Sequence record: NC_049438.1
Length of the DNA stretch: 64,000 nt
Strand: one strand, 5' to 3'
DNA from: Acinetobacter phage vB_ApiM_fHyAci03
The notes under the pieces are model-generated. The model was not told the origin of the DNA. It saw only the letters and a program-made list of their open reading frames with translations, and made no database searches. Positions 26,504-36,555 of this stretch are shown piece by piece. Made by a program: the position numbers and the translations under genes. How positions within the stretch are numbered: the stretch's first letter is position 1; every line of letters starts with the position of its first letter.

Positions 26504-26725
26504 TTATCCTTGATTGAGTGTTAAGTAAAGACCGGAATCTTGTACATCAAATAAGTATTCAGATTCCGGGTCGATTTCAAATAATTCAGATTCAGAGCTG
26601 AAAAAATCTTTCTCTTCATTCAATAAGTGTGTTAAATCAAGTATTCTCTCCATACAAAAAGTCCAGTGCATCATTGTCTTCGACCTTTGGCTTTTCTTTT
26701 GGCTGTGCCTTTGTCGAAGCTTCAT
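26504..26725 (-). CDS. hypothetical small protein (start uncertain; overlaps gp55 3' end)
   Basis: ORF track only. Confidence 0.3.
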   Translation of the reverse strand: MKLRQRHSQKKSQRSKTMMHWTFCMERILDLTHLLNEEKDFFSSESELFEIDPESEYLFDVQDSGLYLTLNQG

Positions 26726-27179
26726 ATTGTGTCATCTTATCGTAAATGTCCTGAATAAAGCCTTCATCTGCAATAGATGCCATTTCAGGATCACGAGAAT
26801 CATACACGTTGTTAATAAAGTAGCTGTATTTTACCGCAGTTTGCTTGCGTTCTTTTTTGATACGCTGAATAAACGCGTTGAAACAAGCCATAGTGATATA
26901 TGCATGAGGATTATCATATTTTGTCTCATCAAAATTGATGAGTCCTTTAATTGCAGCCTCTACACCATCACCAATCATTTCTTCTTTCCATGCTGGCGTG
27001 TAACCAGAGAAATTGAAACGTTTTGATAGTCCACGTGAAATTAGCAGAATAGCACGCCCAATAGTGTCATTTTGCTTTACTATTTTACCTGCAGCTCTAC
27101 ATTCTTCTTTCCATGAACATATTGCTTCATATAATTCTTTGTTATTCACATAATTGTGCTTAACTTGTTCATTACCCAT
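26637..27179 (-). CDS. 55: late-transcription sigma factor gp55
   Basis: Very strong colinearity with T4 gp55 (NYVNNKEL..., [48 protein letters not shown]); start placed at Met with GAGG SD (ORF track start 27251 is upstream). Confidence 0.85.
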   Translation of the reverse strand: MGNEQVKHNYVNNKELYEAICSWKEECRAAGKIVKQNDTIGRAILLISRGLSKRFNFSGYTPAWKEEMIGDGVEAAIKGLINFDETKYDNPHAYITMACFNAFIQRIKKERKQTAVKYSYFINNVYDSRDPEMASIADEGFIQDIYDKMTQYEASTKAQPKEKPKVEDNDALDFLYGENT

Positions 27180-27250
27180 AAAAACCTCGTACATCTTAAT
27201 AGATGAAGCATAATAATATTTATTCATTATAACACATTTTTCATACAGCA

Positions 27251-27270
27251 AAGGGACCTTGTGGTCCCTT
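27251..27270 (-). terminator. hairpin between glutaredoxin-like gene and gene 55
   Basis: AAGGGACC-TTGT-GGTCCCTT. Confidence 0.5.
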
Positions 27271-27553
27271 AAAATGTATCATAACCTAATTGCAGAAGAT
27301 AGTTCTTAAGCTCTTTGATTTTAACACGTGTCCCATCTATGAAAATATATGGCATGAATAATTTTGACACTGCGATCTTTGTCTTTAACTCCGCATACAA
27401 TTCATCATCGATCTTTGGAATACCATCTACAAGTTTTACAATACGCTTGAATGTATAAGGCAAACCTGCCTCATTAAAGGTTTTCTTTGCACTTTCACAG
27501 CCTGCACATCGAAACGTTTCTTCTTCAATACCGTAAATTTCAATATTCATCAC
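27269..27553 (-). CDS. glutaredoxin/thioredoxin-like protein (94 aa)
   Basis: CAGCES CxxC motif in glutaredoxin-like context. Confidence 0.55.
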   Translation of the reverse strand: MMNIEIYGIEEETFRCAGCESAKKTFNEAGLPYTFKRIVKLVDGIPKIDDELYAELKTKIAVSKLFMPYIFIDGTRVKIKELKNYLLQLGYDTF

Positions 27554-27794
27554 GATTAAATCCGCTATAATAAATGAAGTTGTAGATTTCTACTAAATCA
27601 AATCCGCTTATATTGAGCTCACATAACGCTACTTCAATATCTCTCATTGATATATCACGATCTGTTGGCATATCGACGCAATGTTTATAACCATTGCTCC
27701 ATGTTTCAAAGTGTACTAAATCTTCTTGCGCAATAATATACAATCTATCGCCTGTATCGCCTTCATAATTGATTGAGACTGATGTAACTTTCAT
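27540..27794 (-). CDS. hypothetical protein (84 aa)
   Basis: ORF track. Confidence 0.45.
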   Translation of the reverse strand: MKVTSVSINYEGDTGDRLYIIAQEDLVHFETWSNGYKHCVDMPTDRDISMRDIEVALCELNISGFDLVEIYNFIYYSGFNRDEY

Positions 27795-28273
27795 TGCTTA
27801 TCCTTTAAGAATAGTCTGAGAGCCTTTTTAAACAAGGGTACTCGTTTTGCCTTAGTGCATTTTGCCGGGAATTCTAAACCTATTGATGCTGCAAGATTAT
27901 CCATGCCATCAAGATCAAGTTTAGAAAAGTACTTTGTTAAATCATTGATATAAGCAGGGTGAGTGTTGTGCTCGGATAAATCTTTTTTGTAATATTCAGA
28001 CAACGTCATAAAATATTCAGAGATGTCAACACCTTTGGATTTCAATCCTGAAGTATCAAATTTATGTTTGAGTTGTCCTTCTAATGCATTACAATAATTG
28101 CATAAGAGAGCACGTACTTTGCCTGCATTTGGACCATGTAATGTATGGTCATGGTCTAGATGATTAGATTTTATATCTGGAGAAAGAGCTCTTCGGCATA
28201 ATGGGCATATTCCATTTTGTGCATGATACAATCTAATCTTTTCTTCTTCAAATTTTTTGCCGATTAATAACAT
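27791..28273 (-). CDS. 49: endonuclease VII (Holliday junction resolvase) gp49
   Basis: 160 aa; MLLIGKKFEEEK..AQNGICPLC..NHLDHDHTLHGPNAGKVRALLCNYCNALEGQLKHKF nearly colinear with T4 EndoVII. Confidence 0.85.
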   Translation of the reverse strand: MLLIGKKFEEEKIRLYHAQNGICPLCRRALSPDIKSNHLDHDHTLHGPNAGKVRALLCNYCNALEGQLKHKFDTSGLKSKGVDISEYFMTLSEYYKKDLSEHNTHPAYINDLTKYFSKLDLDGMDNLAASIGLEFPAKCTKAKRVPLFKKALRLFLKDKQ

Positions 28274-28305
28274 ACTATCACCTCAGTAGATGATAGTATT
28301 TATTG

Positions 28306-28581
28306 TCAGCCGATCACACGATATGAATCATCGGCGTCTAAGATACACCAATAATCCTTTAGTTCTTCAACAGTCGAAATGTCAATAATTTCACCTGTTT
28401 CGGTATTTTTTAGCTTATCGATTCCCCAGATGTCATCGATTAAAATTGTGACACTTTCAACCGTATAGGGAATTCCCGGCTTTAATTCCGGGAAATATTG
28501 TGCAATAAAAACATTATCGTCGAAATATTTTTTGTTGATAATGACAGTATTGCCTATACTAGGCTTCACTCGAATCGGCAT
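28306..28581 (-). CDS. hypothetical protein (91 aa)
   Basis: ORF track. Confidence 0.45.
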   Translation of the reverse strand: MPIRVKPSIGNTVIINKKYFDDNVFIAQYFPELKPGIPYTVESVTILIDDIWGIDKLKNTETGEIIDISTVEELKDYWCILDADDSYRVIG

Positions 28582-28858
28582 TTAGCACCTCATATTCTTG
28601 TGGATTAGATGTAGTAATGAATGCCCACCATTTTGCCTTTGGCTGTTCATTTTCTGGAAGTCGATGAACTTCGTGGACATTAAACTTTTCTGATGTTTCG
28701 ACACAAATCATCTCAACAACGCCAGATATTTCTCCAAGATTTCTGATGCAAGTAGCTCTATATGATTTACCCAGAGATAGCTCTGGGTAATGTATTAAGA
28801 AATCATCAGATGTATTGAAGAAATGGTCTGTCAATTTAAAAACCATTCCAGTTTGCAT
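28559..28858 (-). CDS. hypothetical protein (99 aa)
   Basis: ORF track. Confidence 0.45.
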   Translation of the reverse strand: MQTGMVFKLTDHFFNTSDDFLIHYPELSLGKSYRATCIRNLGEISGVVEMICVETSEKFNVHEVHRLPENEQPKAKWWAFITTSNPQEYEVLNADSSEA

Positions 28859-28859
28859 A

Positions 28860-29186
28860 TTACACCTTTACAAAGAAATGTGAAGTGAAGTTAGTGAAGA
28901 ATGCCCAGAAGTCTTCATCCAATGGATTAATTTCAAATACTACGCCAGTAGATAAAGCTTTGAGAGCGACACATCCTTTAGTCATATCTAAAAGTTCAGT
29001 GAATTCATCTTCTGCAGGAGTTTCACGAACTTTTTCAATAACAAAAATACTATGTTTACCCAATTCTGGAGTTTTCTTAATTAAAGGCTTGATGTGGCGA
29101 AGACCTTCAGGAGTGAATGAAATTTTATCGCCTTCAACAAAATCAACAGGGTTCAAATATGTAGTATTCATTTCAATTTCCTTCAA
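28860..29186 (-). CDS. hypothetical protein (108 aa)
   Basis: ORF track. Confidence 0.45.
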   Translation of the reverse strand: MKEIEMNTTYLNPVDFVEGDKISFTPEGLRHIKPLIKKTPELGKHSIFVIEKVRETPAEDEFTELLDMTKGCVALKALSTGVVFEINPLDEDFWAFFTNFTSHFFVKV

Positions 29187-29213
29187 TTAATAACAACTTA
29201 GGTATTTTAAACC

Positions 29214-29492
29214 TTATTTCGATAAAGCAATGTCTTGGCGAAGCTCATGGAACCCACCAATAAGTGTTTCACCTTTAAAAATAACAGGTAATGAGATTCC
29301 AGCAGGAGAGGTTTTACCAAGTTTTGCTAACAAGCTATGAAATTCTGGAGTCCATATCGGTCCATTTTCATTTACACCTGATGCAATACTAATAAATTTG
29401 AACTCTTTGCCTTTTGCCGTACATAAACGTTTTGCACTATCGCAATTGATACATTTTTGGACTTCAGGCAAATAACCATAAATAGTGTACAT
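29214..29492 (-). CDS. nrdC: NrdC-like thioredoxin/glutaredoxin
   Basis: 92 aa; YGY...KCINCDSAKRL matches T4 NrdC N-terminus and CxxC. Confidence 0.7.
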   Translation of the reverse strand: MYTIYGYLPEVQKCINCDSAKRLCTAKGKEFKFISIASGVNENGPIWTPEFHSLLAKLGKTSPAGISLPVIFKGETLIGGFHELRQDIALSK

Positions 29493-29580
29493 TTTGTTTC
29501 CTCTGTTAAATACGATAATTAATCTATCGTATTTATTTTATGAGGCTATTATATACAATAACCTCATATGTGTAAATACT

Positions 29581-30588
29581 TTATTTTGAAAGAATTTTAA
29601 TTGTTTCTTCGAGTGCAGAAACTTTTCGTGCAAATTCTACCTTTGCATCACGAAGTGTTTGAATTCGTGAAAGTAGTTCAGCGATAGTATCATCAGTCTC
29701 GCTATCCTGTTTTTTCAGTGCATCTATATTAGCCTGAACTAGTTCTATTGCAACAGATGTGCCAAGCTTTTCTCCTGGATTTGACACCATGAACAGTGGT
29801 GACTTGCTCATTACTGTAACTTGTGGTGCCTGTTCACGTAGCGTGACTTTTAATGAATATGCATTAACACCTTGTTCAATTTTTAAATTAGTGCACTGCG
29901 ATAATAACTTGTACATCTTTTCCGCAATCGCAAGGGCATTTGAACGTGCAGTCGGATGATCAAATGTAGGATGGAATCGAATAGTGCACGTAGAATTATT
30001 TACACCTGAATCTACACTAATTATGGTATGCTCAAGCTTAACACCCGGAATTGTAGCACCATTCTGAGTTCGATGCCCAATGTTTGCCAGATTTTGAATA
30101 CTTCGATTATTAGTTCGTTCTAAACGTAGCATACCAGAAATAATTGATGCCAACTGATCGTCAACAAATTTACTTAATGAAAATGAAGTTCGATTTGCAG
30201 CCTTCACATTAGAATTATAATCTGTTATGTAAAATTCTTCGCCTGTGCCTTTAACACTACAAAAATTTCGTATGCGATGGGTAATTAATATACGTGTGGC
30301 CCAGTTGGTTTTGATTAATTTTGCAATTAAATTTGGTGCTTGAGAAGCACTTAATGCAGAGTAATGTGTAAGAATTCGTCTAAGAATCTTTTCGATTTCA
30401 TCAGATGGTGCGCTGTCAAAAACACGACTCAATTCAAAGTGGATATTTCGTTGTACAGTGTTTGCTATAACATGTGGCAAACCTTCATTTGATAAGATTT
30501 TATGACGACATGCATTAGCATTGATTGTGTCTTCAAATTGACGGTGAACGATGTCACTAATAATAGATTTAAATGTAGATTTATTCAT
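29581..30588 (-). CDS. hypothetical protein (335 aa), C-terminal coiled coil
   Basis: ORF track. Confidence 0.55.
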   Translation of the reverse strand: MNKSTFKSIISDIVHRQFEDTINANACRHKILSNEGLPHVIANTVQRNIHFELSRVFDSAPSDEIEKILRRILTHYSALSASQAPNLIAKLIKTNWATRILITHRIRNFCSVKGTGEEFYITDYNSNVKAANRTSFSLSKFVDDQLASIISGMLRLERTNNRSIQNLANIGHRTQNGATIPGVKLEHTIISVDSGVNNSTCTIRFHPTFDHPTARSNALAIAEKMYKLLSQCTNLKIEQGVNAYSLKVTLREQAPQVTVMSKSPLFMVSNPGEKLGTSVAIELVQANIDALKKQDSETDDTIAELLSRIQTLRDAKVEFARKVSALEETIKILSK

Positions 30589-30652
30589 GCCATATAACCT
30601 TTAGGATATTATGAGACTATTATAACAATACTCTCATAATATGTAAACACCT

Positions 30653-31237
30653 TTAAATTAAATTTACAGCCTTTGCAATTGCATATGAAATTCGTGGCAT
30701 AGCAATACCTGTTCCAAAGTATACAACCTTGCCTTCATGTGTTCGCTTGCCATAGGACCCAAGTTCGACGCCTTTATATTCAATATCTAAACCCTGCGGC
30801 GTATCAACGACAATTGCGTCCTTTAATCCTTCCTGTCGAAAGAATGCCAGAGCATCTGTCACAACAGATCGTTCAAATGACACTAACTCGAGTTTAAGGA
30901 AGATTTCTAAGTGTGAATCGTCAATTACTCTTTCATTTCGTTGACAAGGCGTAAGCATCATAAACTTGCCTTCAGACGGGACAGGTACACCGGCTTGAGC
31001 ATATTTAGTCATCATATCATAAAATGACTGTTCTGCACTTCCAACGTAAAAATTGTCCTCATCATGCGCCATAGGTACAGCACCTTCAGGTATAGTTTTG
31101 TTTATCGCTGGCATTCCAACACACTGCGCAGCTGAAATAGGCTTATAGCCTAGCTTTTTATAAAACTCTATAGCGCGTAATAACTGTGGTAGATTAATTT
31201 CAAATCTTGGGTCAATTGTTAGATGTCGTTCAAACAT
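30653..31237 (-). CDS. hypothetical protein (194 aa)
   Basis: ORF track. Confidence 0.5.
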   Translation of the reverse strand: MFERHLTIDPRFEINLPQLLRAIEFYKKLGYKPISAAQCVGMPAINKTIPEGAVPMAHDEDNFYVGSAEQSFYDMMTKYAQAGVPVPSEGKFMMLTPCQRNERVIDDSHLEIFLKLELVSFERSVVTDALAFFRQEGLKDAIVVDTPQGLDIEYKGVELGSYGKRTHEGKVVYFGTGIAMPRISYAIAKAVNLI

Positions 31238-31842
31238 TCAAGTGCCTCTGCAATTTTGTCAGTATTTCCTAATTTGGTGAGACGTTCAGTTCGTGTGAAT
31301 TTCACAAGTGTGCCCTTTGTTGCCACCCAATGATATGAATCATTACGGTGAAATAACTGGCCGGGCTTCTTGTGCATTTTCGTTTGTGGTACATAGATTT
31401 CACCACGAATGACTTCGCCTACTGTAGTGAATCCTTTAATATCACTTTCGGATACCATAGGCAAGCTGGTAGAGTTTTCAGTGAAAATAATGTAGTAAGT
31501 GTTGTAGTCGACCCAAATCTTTACTTGGCCAATGCCATCAACAAAACTTGTTGCATTTTCGAGTAAATATTTCTTCCACCCAGCGGTTGAGCCAAATGAT
31601 GGTCTACCATTAGCTTCAAATGCGCCTTTAGTAGTTTCAGACATTATGTCTAAATCTTTTAATGAGACACCTAACTGATTTGCCTGATGTTTTAATGCAC
31701 CATACAAATCTGATAACTCAACTTGTGCCATTATACGATTGTCTGAAGCAAGAGCATCAATAAATTCTTGAGCCTCTTCAATAAGTTTGTATGCACTTGA
31801 GTGCACACTTTTCTTTATGTCTGCTACATGATACCCAGCCAT
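31219..31842 (-). CDS. MazG-like nucleotide pyrophosphohydrolase domain protein (possible dCTPase-type)
   Basis: N-terminal EEAQEFIDAL...ELSDLYGAL pattern typical of MazG/dCTPase all-alpha NTP-PPase; extra C-terminal domain. Confidence 0.4.
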   Translation of the reverse strand: MAGYHVADIKKSVHSSAYKLIEEAQEFIDALASDNRIMAQVELSDLYGALKHQANQLGVSLKDLDIMSETTKGAFEANGRPSFGSTAGWKKYLLENATSFVDGIGQVKIWVDYNTYYIIFTENSTSLPMVSESDIKGFTTVGEVIRGEIYVPQTKMHKKPGQLFHRNDSYHWVATKGTLVKFTRTERLTKLGNTDKIAEALECLNDI

Positions 31843-32540
31843 TATTTATTCTCCCAGACTATTTTGCCGCCATATTGTGCAAATTGACTACGATATTCAT
31901 ACCCATTGTCTTCCCATTCGTGTTTTTCAGGATTCCACATTTTGAATGGCTTTTGCGTAGTATCATATACCGCAACCTGATCTTTAGATGAATCTTCTTC
32001 ATCCATAAAATGCACGGCTACTGTTGCACGTTCAAGCTGTTTTTTAATTTTTTGATTTTCCCAATAGCCTGGATTGCTATAGAGTGTTTCTTCTGAAGTT
32101 ATTGGGCGCATTGTAATGCTATCAATAGTGTGGATGCCAAATTCACCGAATGGCAGATTATCATCAAGTGCCTCTTTAACCCGAAGAATAGCTTCATATG
32201 CCTTTTCATCACCGTGTTTTTCAATAAACTCGTGACCATTAGGATCGATGCCAAACAATGTAATGAAGACCCACGTAGATGTTTCTATGGCCGCACTAAC
32301 ATCATCAAATTCACTTCGCGACCATGTGTGAGTAGTTTTTCGTGGCAAATGTAATGAACTTGCTAACGCGTTGATCAATTCCATAAAATTGACTGCACGA
32401 CTACCTTTGAATACTTCATTAGGTTCAAAGATCCGATTTGGGAATTCAGGATTAATTCGATGCTCAATATTAATCATATCAGCGTCGTTTTCATCGCCTT
32501 CAATTTTAAGAATATGTGTAGGTGCTGCAATATTTGCCAT
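31842..32540 (-). CDS. hypothetical protein (232 aa)
   Basis: ORF track. Confidence 0.55.
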   Translation of the reverse strand: MANIAAPTHILKIEGDENDADMINIEHRINPEFPNRIFEPNEVFKGSRAVNFMELINALASSLHLPRKTTHTWSRSEFDDVSAAIETSTWVFITLFGIDPNGHEFIEKHGDEKAYEAILRVKEALDDNLPFGEFGIHTIDSITMRPITSEETLYSNPGYWENQKIKKQLERATVAVHFMDEEDSSKDQVAVYDTTQKPFKMWNPEKHEWEDNGYEYRSQFAQYGGKIVWENK

Positions 32541-32570
32541 GTCGATTCTCCAAAGGAATATGTGTTTTAA

Positions 32571-32888
32571 TTATACTATATTATCAGGTGTTTGTAAACT
32601 AAAATGTTTAATAAAACCTCGAATTGTATCTCGCATTGCATTTTCACGTTCGCGATTTGAGGCACAAACTTTCAAGTACGCATGGTTCATACTAATAACT
32701 TGTGCAGCATCTTCTACCGTGTCATATACACCTAACACTGCAGACTTCCAATATTTTGATTGGCGAGATCCGATTTGAACGTCAATTGAATCATCGGCTT
32801 CATCTACCACTTTGTATGCCTTGTCTAGCATAAAATTAGGACTAGAATTATAGGCAATTATAACATATTTTCCGACTAAGCTAGACAT
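32571..32888 (-). CDS. hypothetical protein (105 aa)
   Basis: ORF track. Confidence 0.45.
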   Translation of the reverse strand: MSSLVGKYVIIAYNSSPNFMLDKAYKVVDEADDSIDVQIGSRQSKYWKSAVLGVYDTVEDAAQVISMNHAYLKVCASNRERENAMRDTIRGFIKHFSLQTPDNIV

Positions 32889-33175
32889 TTTGATTTCTCC
32901 GTACGATATTTTGCAATTTCTTCCGCAACAGCTAAGGCTACATCAGAACGCATAGGTCTAACCTCAAGATACGTCGAATATGAGCCTATAACTATTTCAT
33001 ATTCAAGAAGAACTTCACCGTTTAAAATATAACGAGTTATATTTGGCTTGTTAATTTGTTGCTGAGAATGTACTTCAACATTACAAGGGTATCCTTCAGT
33101 GTTCAAAATGAATTTAATTATTGCATTAGACACACAAAGCTCTTGTTCACATATACGCTCAAAGATGCTTAGCAT
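32876..33175 (-). CDS. hypothetical protein (99 aa)
   Basis: ORF track. Confidence 0.45.
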   Translation of the reverse strand: MLSIFERICEQELCVSNAIIKFILNTEGYPCNVEVHSQQQINKPNITRYILNGEVLLEYEIVIGSYSTYLEVRPMRSDVALAVAEEIAKYRTEKSKCLA

Positions 33176-33968
33176 TATACACCTCTTTGTTCCAAATTAC
33201 ACCATCACGAAGTACATGATTTGGCAGCATATAGTCAGAGAACCACCAGTCATTATCATACATCGCTTCAATATAGTTATCAATACACTCCTTGTACATC
33301 CAGGATTTCTTATACTCTTTTATCGACAACAGTTTGCGTCGAATTTTAGAGATTTCGCAATGGTGCTTTGCCATTTTGTTGATAATTCGTACAACATGAT
33401 TTCTTGCTACATGGTAACCATGATTGTGTGCAAAGGTATGAATAGGGTCGTACCAATGCACCTTATTTCTTACGTCAGGGTGAGCGATTTTAGGATCATA
33501 CCACTTGTATTGGTTACTCTCTTTATTGAATTTTTCGAGTTTATGCTGGTTAACATGTTTTAAATCTACGTAGTGCGAACATCCCATCTCATAATCGAAA
33601 TGGTAATCAAATTCGACAGGCTCAAGTTCAAAGAACGTGTCATCATTGAAAAATACATCAGATGTGCAGGCATCATAATTAGACTCATCCCATGATGCAT
33701 TAAAAACTGAATAGTCAATAATACTTGGTGCAGAGACTTCTTCAAAATGAAACCATGATCCATGATCAGATACTGCCTTAATCATAGACTTATCAAGCTT
33801 TAAATTATTCTGTTTTGCAAAATCTATGATTTCATCATAGTCTAGCCCGAATGCAGATCCACAACGCAAATTTAACGTATCACATAATGTTTGTGCTTCG
33901 AAATCAGATTTAACAATTGTTACTAAGTCTTTGTGCTGTTCATAATCTTTTAAAAATACAACAAACAT
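33159..33968 (-). CDS. hypothetical His-rich protein (269 aa)
   Basis: ORF track. Confidence 0.55.
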   Translation of the reverse strand: MFVVFLKDYEQHKDLVTIVKSDFEAQTLCDTLNLRCGSAFGLDYDEIIDFAKQNNLKLDKSMIKAVSDHGSWFHFEEVSAPSIIDYSVFNASWDESNYDACTSDVFFNDDTFFELEPVEFDYHFDYEMGCSHYVDLKHVNQHKLEKFNKESNQYKWYDPKIAHPDVRNKVHWYDPIHTFAHNHGYHVARNHVVRIINKMAKHHCEISKIRRKLLSIKEYKKSWMYKECIDNYIEAMYDNDWWFSDYMLPNHVLRDGVIWNKEVYNAKHL

Positions 33969-33994
33969 CTTAAACCTCCATGGTATAGAGCCTA

Positions 33995-34420
33995 TTATAC
34001 AAAATGATAGTATGCTTGTAAACAGTTATGTATGTCAATTTGTCCAGAAGTCAATTTCATGACATGACGCACCCATTCATTTTGTGTGTAACGCCCAGGG
34101 TAGTCATTCCATTGTGTACAATATTCGATTATCTGATCTGCATGAATTCCACATGTCTGATATCCTATATCGCTTTCAATTGTTGCAATTGCAGTTTCTA
34201 ACGGCAAATGTTTAACTTTATTATATGTTGGAAATGAAATCATACCCCATTTATACATTTCTGATACTGATTTTGGTGTTGTACGAATTCTGCTATCTAC
34301 GCCTTTCATATTTTTACTCACTAGATTAGGCTCATTAGAGCCTAAGTTAAACATTAAGGAATTAACGAAGTTGTGTAACTTCAGCAATTTCTTTCCAGTT
34401 TTGTTCATCAGTTTTAACAA
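33995..34420 (-). CDS. hypothetical protein (141 aa; start may be downstream, overlaps ATPase gene 3' end)
   Basis: ORF track. Confidence 0.4.
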   Translation of the reverse strand: MLKLMNKTGKKLLKLHNFVNSLMFNLGSNEPNLVSKNMKGVDSRIRTTPKSVSEMYKWGMISFPTYNKVKHLPLETAIATIESDIGYQTCGIHADQIIEYCTQWNDYPGRYTQNEWVRHVMKLTSGQIDIHNCLQAYYHFV

Positions 34421-35369
34421 AACTTGCTAAATATAATGCTGTACGTAATGATACATTACGAAGTCTTGAAATGTTATCCTTCATCCATTCTAAAATTTGT
34501 TTAGTTTCAGATTCAAGCAATCCAGCTTTGAACATCATATCAGTGTTTAAAATAACATCTTCAACACGGACCATGATTTCTTCGTTGGTGTGAACTCCAA
34601 GATCTAAGTAAACTGAACGAGATACTAAAGCATCAAGATGTGGTGCTAATTTTGATCCACGATCAATTTCACGATCGATATCAGTGTTAGTAATGAAAAC
34701 GATTGTACCTTCAAATTCAAATTCTTGTGGAATTTCTTTTTCTTCAAGATAAGATGATGCAGTCGTCCAACAAACTTTACGAGTTTCGGAAGTATCTAAT
34801 GCAGCTTTCAAAAGGTTAAGAGAATCTTCGGATGAGAAAACATCTACATCGTCTAAAACTAATACACTGTTTGGTCCCGAGCATTCATACAGTTTACAGA
34901 ACATACCAATTGGAGACATTTTACCGTTTACGATTGTATACTCGATTTTACCTTCAGCGTCAGCTTTTTCTAAGTCACGATTTAACGTGTATGTCTTGCC
35001 AATGCCTGGTGCACCTGAGATAATGAGTGAACGAATAGATTTATTAATTAACCCTTTAGTCATAATATCCATAACTGAAAAGCGTTTATTAATTCGTGCT
35101 TTCATTTCTTCAACTGATTCAGCAACATATTGAGCAGCAAGTGGAGATTCAACTTTCATTGTTTTTGGAAGTTGTCCTTCGATTGAGTAATCACCGTGAT
35201 AAACCCAAATTCCACGTTGTTTACCATTAAAATTAATAATGACTTTACCATCGCCAAATTGACTGTCATAATCATTTAGTTCTGCAGGGAACCAAGTATT
35301 GATTAATTCGAACGTACCATGAAATTCATTTCCACGATAAATTCCTTTGTTGATAGTAACTGTAGCCAT
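34362..35369 (-). CDS. AAA+ family ATPase with ~110-aa N-terminal domain
   Basis: Walker A ISGAPGIGKTYT, Walker B VLVLDDVD; no T4 counterpart at this locus. Confidence 0.6.
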   Translation of the reverse strand: MATVTINKGIYRGNEFHGTFELINTWFPAELNDYDSQFGDGKVIINFNGKQRGIWVYHGDYSIEGQLPKTMKVESPLAAQYVAESVEEMKARINKRFSVMDIMTKGLINKSIRSLIISGAPGIGKTYTLNRDLEKADAEGKIEYTIVNGKMSPIGMFCKLYECSGPNSVLVLDDVDVFSSEDSLNLLKAALDTSETRKVCWTTASSYLEEKEIPQEFEFEGTIVFITNTDIDREIDRGSKLAPHLDALVSRSVYLDLGVHTNEEIMVRVEDVILNTDMMFKAGLLESETKQILEWMKDNISRLRNVSLRTALYLASFVKTDEQNWKEIAEVTQLR

Positions 35370-35469
35370 AATATTTTACTCAATGAAGTATTTGATTTGA
35401 TATGTCTATTATACCATAAAGTGTAATAGGCGTAAACATTTATTGAAAAATATTTACGCCTATTTGTTG

Positions 35470-35751
35470 TTATTTTGCAAATAGCGCGATGAGAGCTAGG
35501 CCTAGAACTATCCATCCGAGCAACTCGATGATTGAACTAAGGCGATAGACTGACACATTTTGAGTGTCTTCTCTAGGCCAAGTTGCTTGCAATGCAAAGT
35601 TATTTTCACCACGTAATGTACTCAAAGAGAATTCATGGTCTCCGCTTTTGAGCCATAGTGTATCAACTGAACGAACTTTACGAATAGCGACAATTTTTGC
35701 AAATCGCATTAATGGCACTATTAAAACAGTTTCACCGACTTTATATTTCAT
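35470..35751 (-). CDS. hypothetical protein (93 aa)
   Basis: ORF track. Confidence 0.4.
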   Translation of the reverse strand: MKYKVGETVLIVPLMRFAKIVAIRKVRSVDTLWLKSGDHEFSLSTLRGENNFALQATWPREDTQNVSVYRLSSIIELLGWIVLGLALIALFAK

Positions 35752-35755
35752 ATTA

Positions 35756-35962
35756 TTACTCCAATGGATATAATTTCAATAAGAAGTCACGAAGTAAAAT
35801 TTGTTCACGAACAGTCAAAACTAAGCCTTCATATTCGTCTACACAATCAATGTACAAATCCTTGTTAGGAAGAACTTCTACAATTGTGTCACAAAATTCA
35901 CCTGTTTCTTTTTCTTCAGGCGTTTGTTCGATGATCCAACGGTTCTCGGCGATTTGTTTCAT
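35756..35962 (-). CDS. hypothetical acidic protein (68 aa)
   Basis: ORF track. Confidence 0.4.
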   Translation of the reverse strand: MKQIAENRWIIEQTPEEKETGEFCDTIVEVLPNKDLYIDCVDEYEGLVLTVREQILLRDFLLKLYPLE

Positions 35963-36534
35963 AGTTTCAATCCCATTTTAACTTGATCTTTGTACACATC
36001 AAAAATAAATTTATCCCAAAACTCTTTGTCGACACTAGATCGCATGCCATTCTTGGCAGCTTCGGCTGATAATTTATCAACATCACTGATAAGGTCTTCA
36101 AGAATTGTGGAAACCTCTTTAAACTCAAGTTTGCCTAATTTAATATCCATTAGCAATTCACGATCTTTTAATGGGTATTTAAGGTCACCAGTCTTATAGA
36201 TCTCTTGTAATTGTAATCCACCTCGAATCGCATGATGCATTGCTTTCCAGTCGATGCCGTTATTTAATTCAGCCTGACGTGCACGTTCACCATACTTATC
36301 CCACTCGGTAGCAATTTTCCGCTTGAGTTCTGACATTTTAATAGTGAGTTGGTGCTTTACACCCATGACATTGTAGAATGTTGATCCAGTTTTAGGATCT
36401 GTTTCAATTTTGCAATATTCATTGATAGGTAATGCATCCACAAAATCTGCAACACGATAATCTCTAGTTCTAGAAATATATCGATCTGGGTAGAACGTCA
36501 CATCAGTAATATCAATGTTATGCTGAGTAGGCAA
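35959..36534 (-). CDS. hypothetical protein (191 aa)
   Basis: ORF track. Confidence 0.5.
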   Translation of the reverse strand: MPTQHNIDITDVTFYPDRYISRTRDYRVADFVDALPINEYCKIETDPKTGSTFYNVMGVKHQLTIKMSELKRKIATEWDKYGERARQAELNNGIDWKAMHHAIRGGLQLQEIYKTGDLKYPLKDRELLMDIKLGKLEFKEVSTILEDLISDVDKLSAEAAKNGMRSSVDKEFWDKFIFDVYKDQVKMGLKL

Positions 36535-36555
36535 GTCTTTAATAGCATCATGAAC

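Noticed and set aside
26504-26725. 73-aa minus-strand ORF overlapping the 3' end of gene 55
   Set aside because: Retained only at low confidence. It overlaps the gp55 stop region by up to 89 nt in another frame, and a credible start with RBS is not evident.
32130-33563. Plus-strand ORFs (74, 135, 154 aa) in the 31.8-34 kb region
   Set aside because: All are antisense to a contiguous array of minus-strand ORFs with coupled start/stop codons. Phe/Ile/Leu-rich translations are typical of reverse-strand AT-rich artefacts.
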